This document shows, piece by piece, positions 17,890 through 27,270 of a stretch of DNA of 35,935 nt (positions are counted from its first letter, which is position 1; the number at the start of each line of letters is the position of its first letter). The stretch spans positions 133,761 through 169,695 of the forward strand of contig JAYNIA010000002.1 in assembly GCA_038108555.1 (NCBI GenBank), written 5' to 3'. The notes below the pieces were generated by a model. That model was given only the letters and a program-made list of their open reading frames with translations. It did no database searches and was not told where the DNA came from. The DNA is from Nitrospinota bacterium (GTDB lineage Bacteria; Nitrospinota; Nitrospinia; Nitrospinales; VA-1). Made by a program: the position numbers and the translations under genes.

Positions 17890-20800
17890 CTAGCGATAGT
17901 CGCCGGTTAAATTGAATCCGGCCCAATAGGAAGGATGAGGGTAAAGCCGCTTGACCAGGAGTTGAGCCTTGCGAAGGCTTTCGGCTTTATCCTCTTTTCC
18001 GTAACGACGGTAAAAATGTTTGATAAGCACGGCAGTGGAAATATCGCTCACCCGCCAAAGGGAAGATAAAATTGAGTGCGTCCCCGCATAAATGAAAGCA
18101 CGATTGAGTCCCACCAACTCGTCGCCACCCACAAGATCTCCAAGACCCGTTTGACAGGCACTGAGCGTAACAATATCGGCTTTGATATTGAGCCCGAAAA
18201 CCTCATTAACTTCGAAATTACCATCATCACTTTTATCACGGGTCAGCTTCAGTGAAGAGAACAAGGGATTGATCGGATCAAACTCGCCATGGGATGCAAC
18301 ATGGATGATTTGGTAGTCCTCAATATTGTTTTTTAGCCAGCTTTCGGTCGCATTTTCCCGGGTCAAAACATCTATTTGAGGGAAATCCCATTTAATGGCA
18401 TTGGCCTCCATTTCTGCCAAAGGAAGATCGTAGTTCATATCGCCTAGATCAGGGTTTCCCAATGCAAGAACTTTGATATCCGGACTCCGCTCCACTTTTT
18501 TCTTGAAGGTAAATTGCATGACCGATGCACTGGGTGAATAAAACAGAGGATGACGCTCAAACAAAAAGCTTTCATCATTTTTTAATGATGAGAATGAAAT
18601 ATAATGCAGATGTCCGTGCGGAACAATTCCCAAAAGACGTTTATTTTTTAAAAAACCCTGAATCGGATCAACCAGCAATGCGTGTAATCGTTTGGACTGC
18701 TCCTCCACGGGGGCCAGCTTCTGAATCCGATCTCTATAATCCGCGATTAGAACATTCAGGTCTTTTTCGTCAATAGGCACGCGTGTGGATTTAATTTTGC
18801 CCTTGGTAACGACCCAGGCAACAATCTCATTTTTAGTCACCAGGTATTCAATCAGGGCAACCTTTTCTTCAAGCAGATCGTACAACTTGTCCAAAGTGAT
18901 AGCATCAACAGTTATGAAATTGGAAATTTCAGGACTCTGCTCTTTGGCATTGATCAAAAGGTTTTGATAAAGACTTCTGGCCTCCACCAGTTTTCCAGAA
19001 AGCTCCTTAGCCTCTTCTTCTTTTTCCTGGGAGCGGGCTGCGGCAAAAGCCTCTTCAATTTCGCGGATCAATATTTTCTGTTGAGTTAAGGCATCGTATA
19101 GTTTCTGGTTGACATCGTTTTTTAAACTGATCTTTTGATTACCCAGAAGATCGATAAAACTTCTCGATTTCGCCCGCTCGGCATATTGAAAAGAATCCTC
19201 AATCTTATTTAAATCCAATAACAACAGGATCAGTTCTTTATATACATCCTGTTTGTCCGTGAGAAACCCATTCTGGAATTCTTCCACTTTGATGGCCGCC
19301 CGCATCGAATCCACTATTTTTACTGCCTCTTTATATGCCTTCACAGCAGCATCATTCTTGTTTAACTGGACCAGCGCAAAGCCCTGGCCTCTTAATGCCC
19401 GCCAACTCACTTCCTTGACATTGATTTTGGACGATAAGGCATAAGTCTTTTCAAAAAGTGGAACTGCTTCCTTCCATTGCTTCCGTTCCAGTGCAAGGTG
19501 CCCTAATTCCAGCATGACCTTAACCATGTTGGTCCGATCACCAATTTCCCCACTGAACTTCATCGCCTGATCAAGATGTGTGGCAGCTTCATCGAGTTTT
19601 CCCATCCGCATCAGACTCATGCCCATATTGCGATGCGTGTACCCCTGCCCCCATTTGGATTTTAGTTGAATGTCGCGCTTTAGTGCTTCACCAAAAGACT
19701 CAAGAGATTTTTCAAATCGTTTTTCCTTGCGATGCACCAGACCTATATTGTTATAAGCTGAAGCAATATCGATTGGCGAATGCATCTCCGTTGCCAAATT
19801 AAGGCTTTTCTCTAAATTTCTCAAAGCTTGTTCAGGGTCATTCAAGGTCCAGTGAATCAAACCCAAGGTGTTATAAATGAATGCCTGCCTCAATTTATCA
19901 TCCAAAGCTTTTGCAATTTCCAAAGACTGCCGTTGCGCGCGAAAAGCCTTTTGATAATTTCCCTGAAACCAGTTCGAGTTTGCCTGATACAAAAACGATT
20001 TCGACAGGCCCGGCTTAAAACCAATTTTTTCGGCAAGGGCTTGGGCTTTTGAAAAATAGTTTAATGATTTTTCAAAGTTCCCCTCTTTCTCGGCAACAAG
20101 TCCGAGATCCAGCAACAACTCCACCTGGAGTTCCGCCTGCTCAAGCTCCACAAACAAATCATAAGCCTTAGAAAAATATTCTTTGGCCTCTTTAAACTGG
20201 TTGAGACGAAGGCTGTATATCTTCCCTATCCTGCGGAATTCTCTAGCCCGGCTTAAATCTTCACCAATTTCCTCGTTAATTTTTTCTGAGGCGGTAAATG
20301 CTTTCAATGCATTGGAATATTCTGCGGCATTTTCTTCAACGATCCCCAATTGACTGTAACTCTGAGCCACCCGGTCTAGAATTTCGTTTTCCTCAAAAAT
20401 AGCCAGTGCCATTTTTAAATGCTTTACCGATTGCGGGAATTTTTCAGCCAGGGAATACAACAGTCCAAGAAAGTAATGGGCATCGGCAAGCTCTTCAGGA
20501 TCTTCTTCCTTTTCCGCAAAAGGTAAAACCTGATTCTGGTAGTGAATGGATTTTTCAAAATCTCCCGTTTTATAAGCAGCAGTTGCGAGCGCTTTCACAA
20601 TAGTCCTTGCCTGGAAATTTTCATTCAATTCAATTTCTTCAGGAACAAACCGGGTTAACACCAGGGCTTTTTCAAGGAAATTGAGAGTTGCAATAAAATT
20701 ACCCGCCTTCGAAGCCGATGCTCCCTTTAGCACATTGGATTTAATATTTTGAACAGCGAAATCCTGTTTTTGTTTCTCGCTCAAACCTGGGAATCCGTAA

Positions 20801-23800
20801 TAACGGTATCGAGCCCAGTCCAAGTTTTGGGGATGCTTTTTAGCCAATGATATCTGAGCTTCCTTAAGAGCATCTGCGGCATTTCCACCGGAAAGATTTG
20901 AAATGAAGTTTTCATTAAACTCCCGTTGGAATTCAGGATTTCCACTATGCAACAAAGCTCCCGGATACCCTTTGAAATTCATCCCCTGGAGCAAAACTGC
21001 GGTGGGCGACAACTCTAGACGAGGGTCAAACACATGCTCTACCTGAGCCAAAGAAAATAAATGCGACTCAATAGATTGAGCGAAGAGTAATTTCATTGGA
21101 AGGTGCTGAAACCTGGCGGGTTCTTTATTCAGGGAAATAAAAGACGCATCCATTTCATGCCGGAAAACGCGAGAGGGACTTTCTATGTGGACCAAACCAT
21201 AATAATTCCAATTCTCAAGAAAAGATTTTCGACCGGCCTTCTCTCCTTTTAAATTCAGGACCGATGCAAAAGATTTTTCCAGGCCTTCAGGAACGTCCGA
21301 CTCTAAAGCCAGCAATCGAGAGCTATAGAGATTTTTTAATTCCATTGACCGTATAAAATGAGAAAGGGAGGAGACAAAGGTAAGTTTGGAGTTTTCAATT
21401 AATAACTTGTCACCCAGCTTTAAAGCTGCCCAGGGAAGAAACTCCAACCTTCCCTCCGCCAAAAGAACAATAGATTTTGCTTTCCCGATAGAATTTTTTA
21501 ATGAAGAAATTAATTTCCCTGACAGGATTCCAATATCTGCCGGACGAGCCACTGAATGGGTCAACCGCTCAACAAGTTGAAAGAAGTTTTTATCTCCTGA
21601 AATTCGTCCCGGTGTCAGCTTGTCATTATTGACAACCCAGAAAAAAATTTCGTTTCCCATCCTTTGCAATTTAATAAATATTTCATTCTCATTTAATAGT
21701 GATTGTAAAGTGTCAAGTTCAGGGACATCAGGAGAAATCCAATCCACCAAGCCCGGATCATCTTCGGCGGCCAATTCAATGAATTCATGATACTCCTGCA
21801 ACAGGGATTCTGCTTCTTCACCCTCTAGGCCAGATAGTTTATCAGCATACCCTGCAATTTCATTGAAATAGGCTTCCCTCTCTTCATTGGAAAATTGATA
21901 TTGCGGTGCCAAAGCCTGGATGATCTGCTTTTTCCCTTTTTCAGAATAAATTAATGCTTCGCGATATTTCTTCTGTTCAAACAACCGTGAGGTGATTTCC
22001 ATATAAAGCTGTTCAACCATAGCCAGGGTTGATCGATCAGAGGGAATAGCTCCATAGGGAAGACGTGACAATTCTTTTTCAGCATCCAAAAGACGAGGCA
22101 GGCGTTTGGAACTATCCAGTCGAAGGGAATCCAAGTACACAAACTGCCATCGGATAGAGAGCGGAGGAACCCATGGCTCTTTTTTATCCTTTACCCCGGC
22201 AAAGTTCCGCACCAATTCCAAATTCTGCTTAATCTCCGGCAAAAACTTTGCTGCATCTCCATTTGCCAGCTTTAATGCGGTTTCAAAATGTTGAATCGAT
22301 TGATTTATATTTTTGCTGCTTTTCCGCAAGGTCTGAAAACCGTATTTTACGCGCTCAACCTCGGTCAACTTAGCAGGATTAGCATGACTGGAATTCAGTC
22401 CTTTGAGATGAAATAAAATGCCCAAGTAATTATGCAATATTATCGAAGACAGTTTTGGGGTGGTGGGAAGTGCCATCTCCAAATAAGAAACCACTTCATC
22501 TTTGTGGACAGCAAACCTATTGCCAGAAGTCAAAACAATACGGGCCATATTTGCTGCATTGACTGCCATTCCATTTCGATTGTCCAGTTTTTTGGAAAGA
22601 ACAAAAGAATCCTTAAAATACCTCAGGCTCTCCCCTTCATCTCCATCTTGAAAATAATAATTCCCCAACTGGTTTAACAGGAGTGCTTTTTCAAGGATAA
22701 CGGGAATATTCTTTTCAATATCCAGTCCTTCGGGAATAAACGACAGTTTTTTCTTAAAATATTCAATAGCCTTTTTATGATTCCCAAAGTCTCCATAGAT
22801 TTTCCCAATATAATGGAAAATCAATTTTTCTTCGCCGGCCTTATCAAATCCCTGTGCAGCGGCTGAAACATCTTCTCCTAATCCGGCTTCGACATTGACC
22901 TCTATCAAAGCTGATGATTCCTTTTTCCTATCAGCAACTCCATACTTCTCGAGCTTATCAATGGCTTCGAAATAATAATTGAGAGCCTGACTCATTTTTT
23001 CTGAATCGGGTTTCAAACGATTCTGCGAATAAACATTGTTTGCAATGTTCCTAAGAGCCCGTGACAGTGAGGACTGATTTCCTGTTTGGCGATTCAGCTC
23101 CAGGCTTTTGGAGAAATGTTTTACAGCAAGTTCATAGCCTTCCTTTTCCTGATAGGCCAAAGCCATCCGGTCGTGCAACTCTGCCATTCTTGAAAGGTTT
23201 TTAGTCTTTTTTATTAATTCCAGAGACTTTTTAAACTGCTTGACTGCTGTTGAAGGGTCCCCCGCCTTGAAAGAGGCTTCTCCATAACGCTGCCGGTATA
23301 AAGCTTCGCGCTCCGGGTTTACAAAAGCTAAATCGGCTTCTTCTCTTTTTCGGTAATAGTGACGAGCCGACAATATGTTATTCAGCGAATAATGCCCATT
23401 ACCCAGATTGAGAAGAAGATCAGCCTCGTTGCGCGGATTTTCCCTTTCATCATTTAAAGCAAGGGCCATTTGATATTCATGCAACGCCTTTTCCAGGAAA
23501 CCTTTTTCCTTCCGTTCCTTTTGTTCAAATATCCAACCCAGGGTCTGGTGAAAAAACACCTGTTGAGAATTTTTAGCTAGGGCTTTACTGATCTCAGATT
23601 TCGCCTGATCCAAAGCAGGTGGATTCAAGTAGGTATAGGCCAAACCCAACGCATAATGTTCGACCTCTGAATTTGGATTATTTTTAACGCGATCCTGATA
23701 AAGTTTTACGGCTTGTTCACTTTTCTTTAGAGCAGATGCGGCCTGAAGATAACCTCGATGGGCCTCAACCGTATTAGGACTGTAATCAATGATTTTAAGG

Positions 23801-25746
23801 AAGGTTTTTAAAGCCAGCTTGATTTCCCCTACTCGCAGTTCCCAATTACCCTTCTCTAAAGCCTTTTTTATTCTTCCTTCAATAGCCTGGCTGCGGTAAG
23901 GCTCGAGAGATTTATTATCTTTAGAAATTTTTTCATAGATACTCAAACTTTCATCGAAGTTTTCTTCTTCCGCATATATCCTTGCCAATTCAAAACGCGC
24001 TTTAAAAGATTCATCACGTGCCTGCTGAAAGTTTTTCAATGTATTTTTATAGGCTTCCTTTGCAAGCAGGTTTTCAGCAGCAGAATAATATAATTCCCCC
24101 ACCCGGTTTTGGATAGCCGCAGCAAGAACGGGGATATCCTTATAGGTTTCCGTTCGAGCCTGTAAACGAGACACTTTTTTTTCAAGAGTCGGTTGCTCTT
24201 CATGAAGATGAAGAATTTCTTCAATGGCTTTTTGTTTCCAGGCAGGCACATCCGGGAAATCCCGAACCACCTGGACAAATGACTGCACCAGCTTTTTCTG
24301 GTCACCGACCAGCTTATAAATTCGGCTTTGTAAAAATGCAGCCTCGGCGGCCAAATCTCGAATTTTTGAGTATCTCTTGATTACCATCTGGAAATCTTTC
24401 AGAGCGCGATCCGGAGATTCTTCGATAAGCAAGAGCTTGCCTTGTTCCAACAGCCCCCTGGCTTCTACCCGGGCAATCCCGGAATATTTTTTCAAAAGAG
24501 ATTCCAGTTTTCTTTCTGTCTCTTTAACCATGGATGGAGAGGGTGGACTTTGTTTTTCAAAATCCAACAACGCAATTTCGATTTCCGACAAACCACTGAC
24601 CTCTCTATTTTTGCCAGGAGTCTCCAGTATTTTATTAAAAATCGTTCTGGCTGTTTCAGGGTGCTTAAACTTTCGATTAATAACAGCCAATCGATATTGA
24701 ATTTCTTCAATTCCCTTTTCACCTGGAAATTGAAGAACATGATTTGAGAGAGCCATTGCACATAAATAAGATGCCTCGGAACATATCTCATCAATATGCT
24801 TCATTGAATCGGCAAAACTGCTTTCCCGAGGGATGAGCCCAAACTGGGGAAGCTGCCAGATATCAACCGATCCACTTAAATGAGAAGTAAAATAAAATTT
24901 ATCCTGGGATGGATAAGGATAAAAATCGTAGGAGGAACTATCCGTCAGTTGACGAAGGTTTTTTACAGAATTTTTTATTAAATCCAATCTCCAGATATTT
25001 GGATTGTCATCAATGGCCAGATGTCCATCTCCATTCGTATCATCTGAGTATCTTGCAAAAAACAAGGTATGGTTCAGCCAATTTGGCAACACATCTATTT
25101 CCGGTCCGTTACTCACTTCAATGACCTTTTTGGTCTTGAAATTGAGAACCCTTAAATTGCTTTTCGTATCCCCGGTAACAAATGCCAGAAAATTTCCATC
25201 CTTTGAAACGGAAAGGTTTATCCCTCCCTTTTCCAGGAGCATGGATTTTTCACCCTTCGCCAAATCCATTTTGAATATGGAAATCCCTTTTGACTTTGAG
25301 GAGAAATAAATATATTTCTGATCGGCGGACCAAACCGGGTCCGAATCTTCCCCCTTTCCCTGAAAAACAGGAGAAGGGTCTCCCTCACCTTCAAGATTCA
25401 GAACGTAGATGTCACCCCTTGGGTCGCCTCGATGCGAAACGAAAACTACCTGTTTCCCATCCGGACTGATGGAAGGACTTTTATCTTCGGTTGAATGGAA
25501 AGTCAGACGACGATCCGGAGGTTGTATTCCCTTTCCAAGGTATTTCAGCCAGAGATCCAGATTTCCAGAGGTGTCAGACACATACACCATAAAGGTTCCA
25601 TCAGGTGAGATGGAAGGAGCAAAATCCTCACCGGGATTTGAAGTAATTTGAACAGGAGAAGATGCCATGACGGGATTGACAAAAAAAAGAATGCACACCG
25701 CAATCCGAAGGCAGGTCCTGAGTTTTGAACGGGTGGAGAGTGTCAT
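17890..25746 (-). CDS. Giant exported protein: TolB/PD40 beta-propeller + TPR arrays + degenerate CHAT + TPR + intact CHAT (caspase-like) protease domain
   Basis: 2618 aa; Sec-type signal peptide (..FFVNPVMA|S); PD40 repeats (PSISPDG twice, PVWSAD); many TPRs; C-terminal CHAT with IHVASHG, VTLSACQTG, SLWRVSD and HPSYWAGF. Confidence 0.9.
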   Translation of the reverse strand: MTLSTRSKLRTCLRIAVCILFFVNPVMASSPVQITSNPGEDFAPSISPDGTFMVYVSDTSGNLDLWLKYLGKGIQPPDRRLTFHSTEDKSPSISPDGKQVVFVSHRGDPRGDIYVLNLEGEGDPSPVFQGKGEDSDPVWSADQKYIYFSSKSKGISIFKMDLAKGEKSMLLEKGGINLSVSKDGNFLAFVTGDTKSNLRVLNFKTKKVIEVSNGPEIDVLPNWLNHTLFFARYSDDTNGDGHLAIDDNPNIWRLDLIKNSVKNLRQLTDSSSYDFYPYPSQDKFYFTSHLSGSVDIWQLPQFGLIPRESSFADSMKHIDEICSEASYLCAMALSNHVLQFPGEKGIEEIQYRLAVINRKFKHPETARTIFNKILETPGKNREVSGLSEIEIALLDFEKQSPPSPSMVKETERKLESLLKKYSGIARVEARGLLEQGKLLLIEESPDRALKDFQMVIKRYSKIRDLAAEAAFLQSRIYKLVGDQKKLVQSFVQVVRDFPDVPAWKQKAIEEILHLHEEQPTLEKKVSRLQARTETYKDIPVLAAAIQNRVGELYYSAAENLLAKEAYKNTLKNFQQARDESFKARFELARIYAEEENFDESLSIYEKISKDNKSLEPYRSQAIEGRIKKALEKGNWELRVGEIKLALKTFLKIIDYSPNTVEAHRGYLQAASALKKSEQAVKLYQDRVKNNPNSEVEHYALGLAYTYLNPPALDQAKSEISKALAKNSQQVFFHQTLGWIFEQKERKEKGFLEKALHEYQMALALNDERENPRNEADLLLNLGNGHYSLNNILSARHYYRKREEADLAFVNPEREALYRQRYGEASFKAGDPSTAVKQFKKSLELIKKTKNLSRMAELHDRMALAYQEKEGYELAVKHFSKSLELNRQTGNQSSLSRALRNIANNVYSQNRLKPDSEKMSQALNYYFEAIDKLEKYGVADRKKESSALIEVNVEAGLGEDVSAAAQGFDKAGEEKLIFHYIGKIYGDFGNHKKAIEYFKKKLSFIPEGLDIEKNIPVILEKALLLNQLGNYYFQDGDEGESLRYFKDSFVLSKKLDNRNGMAVNAANMARIVLTSGNRFAVHKDEVVSYLEMALPTTPKLSSIILHNYLGILFHLKGLNSSHANPAKLTEVERVKYGFQTLRKSSKNINQSIQHFETALKLANGDAAKFLPEIKQNLELVRNFAGVKDKKEPWVPPLSIRWQFVYLDSLRLDSSKRLPRLLDAEKELSRLPYGAIPSDRSTLAMVEQLYMEITSRLFEQKKYREALIYSEKGKKQIIQALAPQYQFSNEEREAYFNEIAGYADKLSGLEGEEAESLLQEYHEFIELAAEDDPGLVDWISPDVPELDTLQSLLNENEIFIKLQRMGNEIFFWVVNNDKLTPGRISGDKNFFQLVERLTHSVARPADIGILSGKLISSLKNSIGKAKSIVLLAEGRLEFLPWAALKLGDKLLIENSKLTFVSSLSHFIRSMELKNLYSSRLLALESDVPEGLEKSFASVLNLKGEKAGRKSFLENWNYYGLVHIESPSRVFRHEMDASFISLNKEPARFQHLPMKLLFAQSIESHLFSLAQVEHVFDPRLELSPTAVLLQGMNFKGYPGALLHSGNPEFQREFNENFISNLSGGNAADALKEAQISLAKKHPQNLDWARYRYYGFPGLSEKQKQDFAVQNIKSNVLKGASASKAGNFIATLNFLEKALVLTRFVPEEIELNENFQARTIVKALATAAYKTGDFEKSIHYQNQVLPFAEKEEDPEELADAHYFLGLLYSLAEKFPQSVKHLKMALAIFEENEILDRVAQSYSQLGIVEENAAEYSNALKAFTASEKINEEIGEDLSRAREFRRIGKIYSLRLNQFKEAKEYFSKAYDLFVELEQAELQVELLLDLGLVAEKEGNFEKSLNYFSKAQALAEKIGFKPGLSKSFLYQANSNWFQGNYQKAFRAQRQSLEIAKALDDKLRQAFIYNTLGLIHWTLNDPEQALRNLEKSLNLATEMHSPIDIASAYNNIGLVHRKEKRFEKSLESFGEALKRDIQLKSKWGQGYTHRNMGMSLMRMGKLDEAATHLDQAMKFSGEIGDRTNMVKVMLELGHLALERKQWKEAVPLFEKTYALSSKINVKEVSWRALRGQGFALVQLNKNDAAVKAYKEAVKIVDSMRAAIKVEEFQNGFLTDKQDVYKELILLLLDLNKIEDSFQYAERAKSRSFIDLLGNQKISLKNDVNQKLYDALTQQKILIREIEEAFAAARSQEKEEEAKELSGKLVEARSLYQNLLINAKEQSPEISNFITVDAITLDKLYDLLEEKVALIEYLVTKNEIVAWVVTKGKIKSTRVPIDEKDLNVLIADYRDRIQKLAPVEEQSKRLHALLVDPIQGFLKNKRLLGIVPHGHLHYISFSSLKNDESFLFERHPLFYSPSASVMQFTFKKKVERSPDIKVLALGNPDLGDMNYDLPLAEMEANAIKWDFPQIDVLTRENATESWLKNNIEDYQIIHVASHGEFDPINPLFSSLKLTRDKSDDGNFEVNEVFGLNIKADIVTLSACQTGLGDLVGGDELVGLNRAFIYAGTHSILSSLWRVSDISTAVLIKHFYRRYGKEDKAESLRKAQLLVKRLYPHPSYWAGFNLTGDYR

Positions 25747-25850
25747 AAAAAATTAATTTAAATGTACTCTTAATAGTATAGCTTAATCAGGAAAGGAATT
25801 GCTGGGGAGAAATTTAAGGGGATTATCGGAAATACGGACTCCCATAACCC

Positions 25851-27074
25851 CTAGACATCGGCCACGCTCGTCCACTTGAAATTTTGTGTGGGATGCACCG
25901 GATAGGCAGTAAACAGTGGCGTGTTATAAGGAACCATTGCCGATTCAGCACCCGGGTTTAACAACAGGTGAATATTTGCAAAATTAAAACTCAAACCCTC
26001 CTGCCAGGGTTGCGCCGTATTCTCCGCATAAGCTGGAACCTTATCCGACGCATGACTGCGGACCATCATCCCCGAGCCCCCCTGCAATCCATATTCATAT
26101 AAATCAGGGGCTCCCTGAATCAGGATGGATACCTGGGAGGCATCGAACCAGATTTTAAAATTGGCAACCAACTGCACATAAGGTCCCAGGGTTCCGGTTC
26201 GCTCCAAAACAGCACGCGGATAGGCATATTCAAACGGCACTTCGGGTGTTCCCGGGTAATCAGGGGCACGAAACTCCTTTTCCTTAATCCTCGAAACAGA
26301 TAGAAATAAGAGATTGGGATCATCCAGCGCAATATCCAAAATCTCCCCATCCTGATAGCTGCAAATTTTTCCCATTTCAAATCCCAGCGGAAAAGAATAA
26401 CCCATCTTGGCATAGTAAGCCCGCATACCGGCATCCAATGGATCTTCCGGGGTACGACTGATTTTAATATCGAAAGGCATCATCAGGTGAAACGCATTGG
26501 TGCGGGAATTCATAAAAGGGGCACACGCTCCGGGAAATTCCTTTTGCAAATCCTTATTATCAGGATCAAATTTCCTGGGGCTGCCACCGAAGTGCTGGGC
26601 AGTTTTAGATTCTTTACTCAGGCCGAATTTGTTCTGGTAGTAAGTGGTTGCACGTTTCTGGGCAATATCCAGAAAATATTCCGGCGCATCACTTTGTACA
26701 ATTAATTTTTGTTTTTCCGGCGATCCACTTTTTGCGGGTCGCATTGCCTCATTATAAATTTCCAACTCGGCTTCAGTTTTCTTGATATCCTGATTCAACT
26801 GCCGCGCAAGTTGTGGATCGTTGAATGATGTTTTTTCGAGAAGGCTGGCTGCCCGCTTGAGCATTTCCAGCTTCATATTGTAGCGTTTGGGTTCTTCCGC
26901 CAGGGCCTGGACGGTGGCCATAATAAGACTGAACTGCTCCTCCGGTAAAAGCCCTGCATTTTCAAATGCATCCTCCTTAATGAAATTTAAGGCCAAAGGA
27001 CCAAAAGCCTCTTCGCGACGTAGCCCAAGGGTTAACAGGTAATTCAGGTGCGCTCGCGCCTCACTGGAATCCAC
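25851..27074 (-). CDS. Hypothetical protein; helical N-terminus, C-terminal DUF6065/dUTPase-like resemblance
   Basis: 407 aa, GTG start with GGGAGG RBS; motifs CAPFMNSRTNAFHLMMPFDI and VPYNTPLFTAYP. Family call is tentative. Confidence 0.7.
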   Translation of the reverse strand: MDSSEARAHLNYLLTLGLRREEAFGPLALNFIKEDAFENAGLLPEEQFSLIMATVQALAEEPKRYNMKLEMLKRAASLLEKTSFNDPQLARQLNQDIKKTEAELEIYNEAMRPAKSGSPEKQKLIVQSDAPEYFLDIAQKRATTYYQNKFGLSKESKTAQHFGGSPRKFDPDNKDLQKEFPGACAPFMNSRTNAFHLMMPFDIKISRTPEDPLDAGMRAYYAKMGYSFPLGFEMGKICSYQDGEILDIALDDPNLLFLSVSRIKEKEFRAPDYPGTPEVPFEYAYPRAVLERTGTLGPYVQLVANFKIWFDASQVSILIQGAPDLYEYGLQGGSGMMVRSHASDKVPAYAENTAQPWQEGLSFNFANIHLLLNPGAESAMVPYNTPLFTAYPVHPTQNFKWTSVADV

Positions 27075-27270
27075 AAAAACCTCCCAATCGCAATTCGGGT
27101 AAATAGAAGGCCCTTATTCTGACCGGAAAACGTCCACTAAACAAGGAAAAACCTGATTAAAAACCGGGCAAATAGTGAGGGGTTGCAAAATGGCCGGAAA
27201 TGCTATACAACACCCCATAAAATATACTGGTTTTAACTTTCTAAAAATCTGATATTGCAGGGATTTAAGG

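Noticed and set aside
18048..25651. Numerous 60-107 aa ORFs inside the giant CHAT gene
   Set aside because: Typical antisense or off-frame shadow ORFs.
17890..25746. CRISPR type III-E (Craspase) TPR-CHAT interpretation
   Set aside because: No cas genes or CRISPR array in the window, and the protein has a signal peptide and TolB propeller.
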